Part shown: positions 1-10,709 of the stretch, piece by piece
Position numbering within the stretch: position 1 is the first letter of the stretch
Layout of the letters: each line of letters opens with the position of its first letter
Assembly (NCBI GenBank): GCA_009602725.1
Contig: WELB01000003.1
Coordinates: 780,673 to 819,633, forward strand
Origin: Spirogloea muscicola
Lineage: Eukaryota
Direction: 5' to 3'
DNA length: 38,961 bases
Translations under genes and position numbers: made by a program
The notes under the pieces: generated by a model
What the model was told of the DNA's origin: nothing
What the model saw: only the letters and a program-made list of their open reading frames with translations
Database searches by the model: none

Positions 1-439
1 GTTGTGGGCTGCCCCCTTGTCGCGTCCGGCAAGGTGCGGGCTACAACACCCTGGCCGTCAGCCCACGGCGGCGCACCTCGCCCCGTTCCGCACGTTGTCC
101 TTCCCTCCCCTCCTCGTCCATTCCTCACGTAAAAGTTTACATCTCTGAGCTTTCTAAAATCTTCCCCCAGCCATCGCCTCAACTGTAGAAGTTGTTGGTT
201 ATATTTTTGCGGTTACTTTTCACAGCCCACGCCCACCTTTGGAATGATTGTTCTTTTGGCCTGGAACAGTAGTTGGCTAAATTGGCCCACCCTTTCAGTT
301 CATGCGCACCGAGCGCGCCTTCCCCCCTTTTCTTAAGAGCAGAGTGCAAGGACTCTAGAAAGAAGCAGCTCTCCTCAAATAAGGCGATGGCTGTGAGAAT
401 TGAACCCTTCCAAGGGGGCATTGTTTTTGTTCCCAGGAA

Positions 440-1485
440 AAATTTGTGTATTTGAAACAAACGAAGGCCAAATGGCCAAGTACAAAGGCAAGCACATCTT
501 AAGACCTACATAACCTACAGTAGATTGACCCGCTCAGAAACCACGGGTCAAAACATAAAGGTCGCTAACCGATGCCTGGATACTAGATGGCAGATACGAA
601 GCCCTTCTGCTACCAACTAGAGCTCGCCCAGCTTTCTGGTGCAAAGCATTAGCCTGAGCACGCTGCAAACAGGCCGAAACACGTCGTCGCAACAACGACA
701 GATAAGCAGCTGGCAAGCCCATCTCAGCCGGGAACACATCTGCATGTCGTGTGTAGCCTAGAATGGCTATGTTTTGAAGGAGAGTAAGGAAACGAGGACC
801 TAAGCAGCCAAAGATGTCGATTGCTGCTGGCAAGAGCTGATCACATCGGGGATAATCGGAGTAGTGATGCAACTTTCTTTGTTCAGCACTGCCCACTGCG
901 TGGCCAGCGATGTGTGTCGATGCTGGACCTTTATAGGCCTCCGTAACCACAATATCGACCAAAGCCCTTGGTCCTCCACCAGGTTGCACGCCCACAATGT
1001 CAAGTGTGCGGCGATGATGACGTCCCTGGGCATCCGTGGTGATAGGCATGATGTTGTTCACTTCCACGACCGCACGGTACCCGGCGTCGCGCATCAAAGC
1101 CGCCAGAGCATCACGGAGGACGTTGTGGATGCCCAACACTTCTGGTCCAGTGGGGCATCGCAGCATGTGAGTGGCGAGCTCAGCACTCTCTGCGCGGAAG
1201 CTGCACTCACACTGGCGCACCCCAATCAGGCAGTTAGGTGGGAGGCCGAGGACGAGTTGAAGCGACGTCCGAAAGGCCTCGGAGCTGATGCTGAAGGTGC
1301 TGGCCACGGCGTGTGAGGTGATCCAGTCTGTGGCTCGAGGTGTGGCGAGGGAAGTAAGTCTTGCCGGGCTCCTTGGATTGTTGTGAATCTCTGGCAGCCT
1401 CCGCAAGCTTCTGCGGCGCTCATCTTCCACTGCCGTAACCAGTCTGAATTGTGCCCCTCTATCCGAAGCTTGGGCATGGGGGCGA
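440..1485 (-). mobile_element. 5'-truncated CRE-like (RLE) non-LTR retrotransposon, family B: CCHC knuckle + restriction-like endonuclease + 3' UTR
   Basis: ORF 534..1430 has CEC-x12-HMLRC, IHN, RTLDIV, LVDIVVT, EQRKLHHY, AIDIFGCLG, SACLQRAQA and ends SDLYVLTRGF*. The 3' UTR motif ATGTGCTTGCCTTTGTACTTGGCCA recurs near 4078, 4220, 6390, 6780, 8545 and 10515. Confidence 0.9.
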
Positions 1486-1499
1486 GGGCTGCTGTGAGA

Positions 1500-1558
1500 A
1501 GTGGCTCTCCCAATGGGGGCAAGGGCTGTGAAAAGCCAGCCCGAAAAGAATTGACAAA
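1500..1558 (-). mobile_element. 59-bp 3'-terminal insertion of family E with 6-bp TSD
   Basis: Matches the family E terminus (TTGTCAATTCTTTTCGGGCTGGC..CAGCCC..GGGAGAGCCACTT). Flanked by GTGAGA at 1494-1499 and 1559-1564, inside another element's 3' hairpin. Confidence 0.75.
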
Positions 1559-1749
1559 GTGAGAGACCAGCCCAAAGAAGTGCGGCCGGTTCTTAAGCAC
1601 TGGTAGTCCTACTCCAGTCCTTTTGCAATGAATGCAGGCAAAGAATGTATTGATTCTTGCTTCAAGACCGCTGGCGAGTACGGGTGCTTGTGTACATAGC
1701 TGTGACTTTCACTTTCACTTTCAGTAGCGACTAAGAGTGATTGGCGTAG

Positions 1750-1830
1750 ACAAGAAGAAGAAGTGGCCCTCTCAATGGGGGCAAGAGGGCTGTGAAAAGC
1801 CAGCCCGAAAAATTTGACAAAGATTGTGGC
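1750..1830 (-). mobile_element. Family E-like 3' end with (CTT)n tail
   Basis: Minus strand reads TTGTCAAATTTTTCGGGCTGGCTTTTCACAGCCC...ATTGAGAGGGCCACTTCTTCTTCTT. Confidence 0.75.
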
Positions 1831-3084
1831 CAAATGACGGGTGACACAAGAGCCGCAGAGCTTACAGATCGCTGTTGCGCTTCGTTCTTAGCTTTGCAGG
1901 AGGTACCATGCATCTCCATCAAGGAACATTAAGGTAAACATTTATGTAGTAAAGAGTTGCCTCATCTCCTCGGGGAGTATTACTTAGTCGAATGTGAAGA
2001 AGATGACGATGGGGCACTTTACTCGAAAATTTATTTTGCTTGCCCGAGCTCGTGCGGGCCAAATACAGCGTCTGGGCGCCGCCGCCAGGCCCACGCTGGG
2101 AGGCATCGGCAGAGCCACGCGCTCCCGAAGGTCACGTTGAACTCGTCGGGGAGAGGCGGTGGCCCGACGGTCACATCGGCGCCTCGGATCCCGCCCGACA
2201 ATGCCGCTGACGCGGGCCGGGCCCCCGGTCGCCGTTGACCGGGCGGGAAGGAGCACGAGCACCCGCCGCCGGCGGGCCCCCCCCGACGCCCGTTGTCGGG
2301 CGGAGGAGGTCGATCACGAGGCGAGCTTCGTCGGATTCCGGACGACTACCACGTCAGCTGCCCGCCGCGCTGGCGTCACGCGGCGAGCCCGGTCTCCCCG
2401 CCGCCTTCGTTGGCGCGCCAGCCGCTTCTCGGCGGCCTCCGGCACTTGCGAGGAATGTCGGAGCATCTGCGGCGGCGGCGCCAGTTGGCCGGCCGACGGC
2501 TCTGCTCCGGGGCACACCCGCTGCCAGCCACCAGCCTCAGCAGCGGCAAAGGAGCAAATGATCTGAATAGAGAGAAGGCGCTCTAGTTCTGTTGAGTAAG
2601 CGGTGGCCAAACTTCAAGCCAATACATTATTCAGAAGATTAAGTGGTGGGGCTAGGCGAGATAAGCGTGTTGCGTAACGAGTATGATGTTCAGCAGCAGG
2701 TATAGACGAGCTCTTCTCAGAGGGAAGGCCCCTCCGGACCCTGTCCTTTCTCATTGGGAATGGCCTCTCGTAGCTATCGCCTGCACTTGGAAATGCTTCC
2801 CTCTTCATTCTGTTTTGTAGGGGGCGATCACACATTTGGAGCCATTTCTCCCCTCTCCGCTTCCTACCGTTGGGCGCCAGCGCCCGCCGGTCGCGCCGCC
2901 GCCGTCGCTTCTGCCCCCGACCGTTGTGGCGCCCGGCGAAGGCGACGGCGGCGGCCCCAGTCCCCCTAGCCGCCCCCGCCACCGCTCCCTCCTCTTCCCC
3001 CCGGGCGCCTTGCCGGCTGCCGAGCTTCCCCAGTCACCCTCGCTCGTGCTGTCCGTTCGGCCACCCCGCTCTTGGCGGCCCCGG

Positions 3085-4052
3085 CACTGCCGGCCCTCCC
3101 TCGCACCCCCGCCACCCTCCTGCCACAGCTGCTGCCTCCCACTCCTCCAGCAGCCCCAGAAGCGGACGCAGGACAGGTCGACAAGGCCTCCATCTGCATT
3201 TCTGGCCATCCTTCCCACCCCCGCCATCCCTCCTGCCACTGCTGCTGTTCTACTCCTCTAGCAGCTCCTGAAACGGACGCAGGCCAGGCCGACAAGGCCC
3301 TCATTGACACTTCCGGGCCTCCTCCTCCCCACTGCGATTTCTCCTGCTACTGCAGCTGCTCCACTCCTCCTCTAGCAGCTCCATCAGGACAGGTTGACAA
3401 GGCCCCAATGTGCACTGCCGGCCCTCTTTCCCCCCCCCCCTTCATTCGTCCTGCCACTGCTGCTGCCTCACTCCTCTAGCAGCCGGCCCTCCTTTCCCCC
3501 CCCCGCCATCGCTCCTCCTGCCACTGCTGCCAGGCCAGGTCGACAAGGCCCTCATCGGCACTTCCGGCCATCCTTCCCCTCCCTGCCATCCCTCCTGCTA
3601 CTACTGCTACCCAACTCCTCCTCTAGCAGCTCCAGCAGGACCGGTTGACAAGGCCCCAATCGGCACTTCCGGCCCTCTTTNCATCGCCGGGCTCGTCGCG
3701 CCCTTGCAGCAGCCTCTGGTTTGCGCAGCGGGGTTGCTCTTCCTCCCCTCAGCTCATCTGACTTCCTACTGCTGACACGGGGGTATTGAGGGCGCCCTTT
3801 CCCTCCCCCCCCCGCCATCCCTCCTCCTGCTACTGCTGCCAGGCCAGGTCGTCAAGGCCATCATCGGCACTTTCGGCCCTCCTTCCCCCCCACTGCCATC
3901 CCTCCTGCTACTGCTGCTGCCCCACTCCTCTAGCAGCTCCAGCAGGACAGGTTGACAAGGCCGCAGTTGGCACGTCCGGCCCTCTTTCGCCCCCCCCTCC
4001 ATTCCTCCTGCCACTGCTGTTGCCCCACTCCTCTAGCAGCTCCAGAAGCTGC
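3085..4052. repeat. Degenerate ~80-115 bp tandem minisatellite, about 9 units
   Basis: Recurring CCGCCATCCCTCCTGCCACTGCTGC..ACTCCTCTAGCAGCTCC..GGACAGGTTGACAAGGCC..GGCACTTCCGGCC. Units near 3500/3580 repeat as a pair near 3805/3890. Interrupted by N at 3681 and a family F end. Confidence 0.85.
3682..3798 (+). mobile_element. Family F CRE-like ORF 3' end
   Basis: Translates RARRALAAASGLRSGVALPPLSSSDFLLLTRGY*; near-identical to 16310-16410 (minus). Confidence 0.8.
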
Positions 4053-4074
4053 TAGATGCTGGCTGCTACGTCGT

Positions 4075-4620
4075 GAGATGTGCTTGCCTTTGTACTTGGC
4101 CATATTGGCCTTCGATTGTTTCAAATACACGACAATTTTTCATCACAGCCAACGTGCTCTACTGCGCTTCAGCATCTCTTCCAAAGTAGAATGGACTGTG
4201 TGTTGAGTGATGAAGGGCCTGCGTGGCCAAGTACTAAGGCAAGCACGAAGGGCCGAGGGCCAAAGAAAGCCAGCCCGCAAAAGTGTTAACAAGGTCTGAA
4301 GGGGCTGGAAAGCGCGAGGCCAGCCCAATCGAAGAAGTACCTCTTCCAATGGGGGCGAGGGCTGTGAAAAGCCAGGCCGAAAGGCCTTGACAAGGTCCGA
4401 AGGGGCCGAAAAGCGCTGAACGACTTAATTAAGCAAGTACCATGTAGGATAATCATTCAGTAACCTCTGCTTAGCAGCCGCAAGTCAGAAAAAACTATCC
4501 GTTGGAAACCATTCCATTTGACTGAAGCCAGAGGCTGAAGCTAGAGCACACCCAGCACGCAGGTCCAAGGCGTTCGCCATGGACTGCTGAAGGAATATGG
4601 ACAGGCGCAGGATACAAAAG
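4075..4620. mobile_element. Cluster of short CRE-like 3' ends: B (+), B (-), E/D-like (-)
   Basis: B UTR at 4075-4140 (+) and 4200-4245 (-). 4457-4615 minus translates ILRLSIFLQQSMANALDLRAGCALASASGFSQ..SDLRLLSRGY*. Confidence 0.75.
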
Positions 4621-5619
4621 CCAGCCGAGAGAAGAATGCACAAGGCCCACTAGAAATGCTGGACTACATGGTCCAAGGGCAGCGGGCGGCGGACGCAGCA
4701 GACTGTGGTCAGCAAATCTTGTAATGGTCGATGATGATATATAATGGGAACCGTGCGGGTTGTTGCTTCCTTCGGGTGCCCTGTCTCGCCCTGGACCTCT
4801 TGCACGTTACAGAACATGTACCCGGGCTCTCTTGAACGTCGATGAGGCTGGTTGTCTACAGCCCTGCACCTTGGCTACTCAGGCGGTCCATCACGTCATC
4901 CAATCTCCATTGCCTTGGGAAGTGGTTCCTTTCTCCTTGCCCAAAGTAGAGCGGGTAACAGACACTGCCAAGTTTGGTAATAAGTAGAAGGAAACCGGGC
5001 GGATGTTACCCTGTCCCGCCCTAGACCTATTGTGCATCTATTTGCGCAATACAGTATGTAGCACTCACAGCTCAAGCCCGGCATCGCTGTCGAGTATTTG
5101 TGCTTGTTTGAAAGATGACGAGAACGGAGACGCGGAATTGCCTTCCCCTTCTGGCTCTGGAAGAGCTTCTTTCCTGGTGATTTCGATCTGCACTTGCTGA
5201 CTTGAGCGCCCACTTGCAAGAGACACAGAGAGAGGGTTTATCTTCTAATATTCTATTCAGGATTTTCATCAAAGGCATCTCATTGAGATTGACCTGGATG
5301 CACGAAAAGCTAAGAAATGTATTTCATCTTTCATAGTTGTGCTCTGCTGGACGTAGCAGCCGACTCTCAATGCTACGGGAAGACCATCTTGCAATAGAGA
5401 GACATCAATGCCGGTCAACGAGGCCGTCGAATGCAAGCTCAAATGGCTCTCCTTCCTGAGGTAAAGCCAAGACGAGCGGAGACATAGAAAGTTCGTTGCA
5501 TAGCCTCAAATACTACGTGGCCATCAGATTTTACTCTTACTACGTGTGGCATACAATTGTAGGGTGCATCTTTAAAGTGAGCGTCGAAAGACAGTGCCAC
5601 ATTCAGGCATGCATTGCAG

Positions 5620-6180
5620 GACGACATCTGCAACTTTGCAAACCGCAACCAAAAAGTCTCTTATTTGCGGAACAGACCTGCAACTTCAAAATAAAAACGA
5701 CGGCATATGCCGTGGCACACGCCACTTGCTTACTACTTCACTCCGGGAATCTCTTTGCGTCAATGCCAACCTCAACCAAGTCAGCAAGGTATTGCCTATT
5801 TCACATATTTGAATGATTTGGCGTAAAATTGATTGTCACGGACCAACTGCAGCATTCAGCACGAGCACTGCGGTCACTAAGACTGGAAGATATCTTTTGA
5901 ATACACCAAGTACAAGGTTGATTAAGGTGGAAGCAAATGTCGTCATACGGAAAGCCCAACCTTTGCAGGTGCATATGGTGAAGCGACAATGAGCACATTC
6001 AACTGAAATTGCTCAGGTGGTGTACGAGTAACCGAAATTGGCATATGACCAAAGTGACACGATGGCCTTTCACAGCCGTAGCCCCCTTCTTGAGAAAGCT
6101 TACAAAATCGAAGGCAGGCTTTCCACAGCCTCACTCCCTTTGGAGCTTTCATTTGCAAATTTGAAAAAGCTGCTTCCTCT
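5620..6180 (-). pseudogene. Possible CCCH zinc-finger gene remnant
   Basis: ORF 5943..6158 contains CLRF..GYGCERPSCHFGH. A second broken motif (ICRRFY../LFGCGLQSCR) lies near 5620-5720, with stops and frameshifts between. Confidence 0.3.
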
Positions 6181-6234
6181 CTTATTTCCTCCCAAGGAAA
6201 GGAAGAATAGGAAAACAGAAAGAAGCAGCTCTTG

Positions 6235-6450
6235 AAATGTGGCGGGCTGGAAGTCGTTGAACGAGCTTAGTTGGTGGCAGAAGGGCTTCGTGTCTGCCAT
6301 CTAGTATTCAGGCATCGATTAGCGACCTCTATGTTTTGACCCGTGGTTGCTGAGCGGGTCAATCTGCTGTAGGTTATGTATGTCTGTAGATGTGCTTGGC
6401 TTTTTACTTGGCCATTTGGCCTTCGTTCGTTTCAGATACACGACTTTTCT
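6235..6450 (+). mobile_element. Family B 3' end
   Basis: LVGGRRASCLPSSIQASISDLYVLTRGC* followed by the B UTR. Confidence 0.8.
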
Positions 6451-6745
6451 TCCAATGTAAGGTAGTAGCTGTGAAAGAGAATAGCGCTTCCAGGCTGACA
6501 GCAGTGGCAGAAAGGCCAGCCCAAAAAGATTAGTCAAGGTCCAAAGCTCTTCCAATATACAGGGAAGGGGCTGTAGATTAGTGGGCTCTCCCAATTGGGG
6601 CAAGGGCTGTGAACAGCCAGCCCAAAAAACACGAGGAAGAGGAAGTTGTTCCAATTCAGCTCCTCCACGACGTCATGCATGGCATCCTCGTGGAGGCAGG
6701 CTTCTTCGGTGGCTGAAGAGAACTTGGTATTGCTCCGACAGAAGG

Positions 6746-7437
6746 AAAATGGTGTGTATAATGAGAGATGGAGGGCCTGTGTGGCCAAGTACAAAGGCAA
6801 GCACATAGACAAATGTGCATCACCTGCTGCTAAGCTGACCCGCTCAGTAACCACGAGTCAGCACATAGAGGTCGCTAAGTGATGCCCGAATACCGGACAG
6901 CAGTCGACAAACTCTTGTGCTACCAGCTGAGGCTCGACGAGCTTTCTGATGCAACGCATGAGCTTGTGCTCGCTGCAGACAAGCTGACACTCGACGTCGC
7001 AAGAATGACAAGTAGGCTGCCGGCATGCCCATCTGAGCTGGAAGCATATCCTCACGTCGAGCATATCCCAGACTTGCAATAGTAGGGTATGGAAGCGAGG
7101 ACCCATACAGCCGAAAGTGTCAATCGCGGCTGGTAGGAGGTGTCACTGCGGGGGTAGTCAGAGTAGTGTAGGAGCTTTCTCTGCTCTGCACCTCCCACTG
7201 CGTGGCCAGCAATGTGAGTTGATGCGGAACGCTTGTACGCCTCCGTCACAACCACGTCCACCAAGGCTCGTGGGCCTCCGCCAGGTTGTACACCCACAAT
7301 GTCCAGGGTGCGACGGTGATGGCGTCCCTGAGCATCCGTGGTGATGGGCATTATATTGCTCACTTCCACAATGGCGCGGTAGCCGGCGTCGCGCATGAGG
7401 TCCGCCAGGGCGTCCCATAGGAGATTGTGAACGCCCA
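6746..7437 (-). mobile_element. Family B endonuclease fragment nested in the D-like copy
   Basis: HNLLWDALADLMRDAGYRAIVEV..RTLDIV..SDLYVLTRGY*, highly similar to 534..1430. Degenerate TSD CCGACAGAAGG (6735-6745) / CCAACAAAAGG (7438-7448). Confidence 0.85.
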
Positions 7438-7940
7438 CCAACAAAAGGGTGAAGGTCTCCACGCCAGGCGGGTCTAGACCTCCTGGCCACTCCATTGGCT
7501 GACGGACCGCGCCTCATCCTGGATGTGGTGACAACCGACTCCTTCGACCGTGCCCACTCCACGCCCTCTGCCTTCAAGGCTGGGCATGCGGTGGCCTGCG
7601 CCGCCCGAGCCAGGGAATTGAAGTATGCAGACCATCCGTGGGAGGACGCCTTCTTCCCGCTCGCCATGGACGGGCGTTTGGCGCTCGGTGGCTCGAGCTT
7701 CTTCACCAGCTCTCACGCAGCGCTGTATCCCGCCGATACCACCGGGAGCAGGCGGATGTCAATGCAGCAGGCTCTCTCGCGCAGGTGTATTGCATGCGCC
7801 AGTCTCGCTGCAGAGCTTAATGGCACGCGTGCTGCATCTGCGTGCCGGTTGCGCATTGACTGCAGCCTCTGGCCCTGGCGAAAGGACCTGCTATTTCTTT
7901 ATTTGGAGACTAGTTTCTCCGACCTGCGGCTGCTCAACAG

Positions 7941-8231
7941 AAAGAAGGCGCGCGGTGCGCATGAAAATGAAAGGGAGGCCAATTCTAGCCTTACGAATGT
8001 CCTGTTAACTGGGTAATGAGCTGGCTAAGGGGGACACTAATACCTCCGAGTGAGCACATGCATATCTGACATGCTATACTGAGGCGCCAAACCACCACCA
8101 CGGAAGCCATTAGCCTGGGCTAATGCACGACCAGCACGCTGGTGTATCGCGAGTGCCTGGGAGCGCTGTAGACTCAATGATAGCCGCATTCTATAGCATG
8201 CAACGATGGCTTGCGGGACGCTAGAATGCCC
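7941..8231 (-). mobile_element. Family C 3' end nested in the D-like copy, 6-bp TSD
   Basis: RMRLSLSLQRSQALAIHQRAGRALAQANGFRGGGLAPQYSMSDMHVLTRRY* plus UTR ending ATGCGCACCGCGCGCCTTCT. TSD CAACAG at 7935-7940 and 8232-8237. Confidence 0.85.
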
Positions 8232-8776
8232 CAACAGGGGGTTACTGAGTGGTTAGTAGCTACTTGATCCCCTGTGTGCTTCAGCGCTTTCCTGGCCCCT
8301 TCAAACAGGCAAGCTAACTCGTCCAGGTACTTAAACTCACTTGTCATGAGGAAGAGGTGGGGTTCACCCTTTTGCCCTAGGCCTGCAGTCCTTCCAACCC
8401 TGAAAGAAACTAGCAGCAAGTCAGCAATTAGGTGATAGTTACTTGGTTTCTACATTAGGTGGATTGCCTTCAGTCCTTGAACGTTCCTTTGGGCCGGCCT
8501 CTCACAGCCATTGCCCTACATTGTAGGAGCTGTTTCGTTATATTGCTTGCCTTCGTACTTGCCACTCAGGCCCTCCATCACTCAATACACGCTCCACACT
8601 CTTTCACCTAGTAGGTCGCCACGAGTCACTCATCTGCGCGCTACCGTGGAAAGGCAACGTGCTGCGTCAACAACGTAGAACCATCGTTGCCTTCCCTCCT
8701 ACCATTTTCCTCCCTATTACTGCTCGATGACTCGATTGGAAGAGCCAGGCAGATGGAAGTATCCTACATTTGTGTT

Positions 8777-8880
8777 CAGCTCTTGAGTTGGTGGCAGAAG
8801 GGCTTGGCATCTGGTATCCAGGCATCGATAGGCGACCTTTATGTGTTGACCCGTGCTTATTGAGCAAGATACTGCATGAT
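8777..8880 (+). mobile_element. Degraded family B 3' end
   Basis: GGRRA..IQASIGDLYVLTRAY*. Confidence 0.65.
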
Positions 8881-8981
8881 ACTAAACGCTCACTGAGAGC
8901 CAGGAGGCTCTCAGTGACCTCGTCAGTAATAGGAGGTCGTAAAATGGAGCCGTCGTTTGCCAGCAGATCAGGAAGATCAAG

Positions 8982-9026
8982 AAAACCCTCAACCCTGAAG
9001 CCTGAAGCCTGAAGCCTGAACCCCGA
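8982..9026. repeat. Interstitial degenerate telomere-like 7-mer tract (C-strand on +)
   Basis: AACCCTC AACCCTG AAGCCTG x3 AACCCCG. Confidence 0.6.
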
Positions 9027-9269
9027 CTCCTGCGAGGTCAGTTCAGCCCCGTGCTAGCGTCGGAGAGCCTGTTACGAGCTGAAAGGTGCGGCTGGCGGCG
9101 GCCGTGCTGCGTCGTGGCCAGCATGCTGCCGGGGCCGGCGAGGACGGAGCGGCGGTGCTCGCTGTGCAGCCAGCCTGTGGCGCTGGGCGTGCCTTCCTCA
9201 GCTGCAGGCCCACCATAGTCCTGCCAGGGCTTGCAGCAGCAGCTGCAGAAGCTGAGGGGGGACGCGGCC

Positions 9270-9732
9270 ATGGCGAGCCCCTTCTCGGGCTTCAGCTTCG
9301 GGACCGGCGGCACGGCGCCCGCCGGGGGCTCGGCGTCGGCGCCGGCGCCGGCGTTCAGCTTTGGCATGGCGGCCGCCGCGCCGGCGTTTGGCGGCACCGC
9401 CTCCGCCGTATCGCCATTCGGGGCTCCGGCCGCGCCTGCCTTTGGAGGCGGCGGCGCCGCGAGCGCGCCCACGTCTGGCTTTGGCGCTGCCTTCTCGTCG
9501 CCAGCACCCGCCTTCGCCTTCGGCTCTGCCGCCGCAAGCGGCAGCAGCAGCCCCTTCGGCAGCTCCACTCCTGCGGCGCCATCCTCCATCTTTGGCAGCG
9601 CTGCCGCCGGCGCTTCACCGGGACCCACATTCGGCGCCGCCGCGCCAGCGGCGGCGGCGGCGGCGTCGCCATTTGGGGCGCCGTCAGCGTCGTTGTTCGG
9701 CGGCTCAGCGCCGACGGCCTTTGGGGCAGCCG
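9270..9732 (+). CDS. FG-repeat nucleoporin N-terminus (Nup62-like), partial, cut at N
   Basis: MASPFSGFSFGTGG..AFSFG..PAFG..PFG..SGFG..FAFG..IFG..TFG..LFGG: about 14 FG motifs in A/S/P spacers. Ends at N 9733. Confidence 0.7.
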
Positions 9733-9827
9733 NCCCCTCCATCATTTGGCCCCTTCGAACCTTTGTCAATTGATTTTTGGGCTGGCTTTTCGCAGCCCTT
9801 GCCCCATTTGGGAGTGCCACTTCTCTC

Positions 9828-10030
9828 TACACAGACCTGATGTTGCTCACTCGGGGGTACTGACTTCCCTCTGCATGGCCTGTGTTTTGCAGTGTTTTTG
9901 TAGTGTAGTCCTCTTTCCGGCTCCTCTTTCTTCTGCTTTGGACATTGTCCATTCTTTTTTGGGCTGGCTTTGCCAGCCCCTCTTCTCTATGGGCGCGCAC
10001 TTCCCTCTTCTCTAGGGGCGAGCACTTCTT
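9828..10030 (+). mobile_element. Family A 3' end with duplicated terminal ~25 nt
   Basis: YTDLMLLTRGY* plus a UTR closely matching 11428-11600 (minus). Terminal CCTCTTCTCTA(T/G)GGGCG(C/A)GCACTTC is present twice. Confidence 0.85.
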
Positions 10031-10036
10031 TTGCTG

Positions 10037-10271
10037 TGCTCTCGCTGCGGCCTCCGGCTTTCGTCAGGGGGATAGTTTACCGGCAGCTAGTCTGTCGGAT
10101 GTGAGGCTCCTCACTCGTAACTACTAAGTGGTCCATCCTCCCCCGTTCTGCCATAGCCTCTTCAGGCCCCGCAGTCGCTGCTTAGCTCGTAGTTTGGCCC
10201 CTTCGAACCTTGTCAATTCTTTTCGGGCTGGCTTCTCACAGCCCTTGCCCCCATTGGGAGAGCCACTTCTC
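10037..10271 (+). mobile_element. Family E short copy with 10-bp TSD
   Basis: ALAAASGFRQGDSLPAASLSDVRLLTRNY* plus full UTR. TSD TCTTTTGCTG at 10027-10036 and 10272-10281. Confidence 0.9.
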
Positions 10272-10709
10272 TCTTTTGCTGGGGGTGGTCCCGCCAGCTT
10301 TATCGCAACTCTAGTATTCCGAGTTGTCTTGCCAAGTGGTGACGGCTCCTGAACACCTGTGATTGGCCAGTCAAAAATGGCCTCTGCCGCCCCGGTGGCG
10401 GTGGCGGGCCGCCTCCGCCACCGGTTCCAAGGAAAATCCCGTTTCCGGTTTCCGCTTTCCACCAGTCAATTTGGAAGCGCTGTTCTCTTTTCCGAAGTAG
10501 TAAGCCCTCTGTAGATGTGCTTGCCTTTGTACTTGACCATTTGGCCATCGTTCGTCTCAAATACACGTACTATTCCATCCCGCCTCCCGCAGTTGGCGGG
10601 CCAGTAAAGAGAAAAAAGCCAGTCCGCTTTTGCACACGCTTTTGCCTGAACATTGTACTAGCTCACATTGGCCTCCTGTCAGTCCTTGCAGTGGGAGGTG
10701 CCGGGCTTT

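Larger units (their letters stand above)
6650..8303 (+). mobile_element. Family D-like CRE endonuclease fragment split by two nested antisense insertions
   Basis: Pieces read HDVMHGILVEAGF..EEN (6655-6740), DGPRLILDVVTTD..ELKYADHP..SDLRLLNR (7440-7940) and GY* plus UTR (8238-8303). Confidence 0.75.

Noticed and set aside
1957..2610. GC-rich overlapping ORFs as a gene
   Set aside because: No recognisable motif; ORFs in all frames are expected at this GC content.
3085..4052. CRISPR array
   Set aside because: Long degenerate units with no unique spacers, no cas genes, eukaryotic context.
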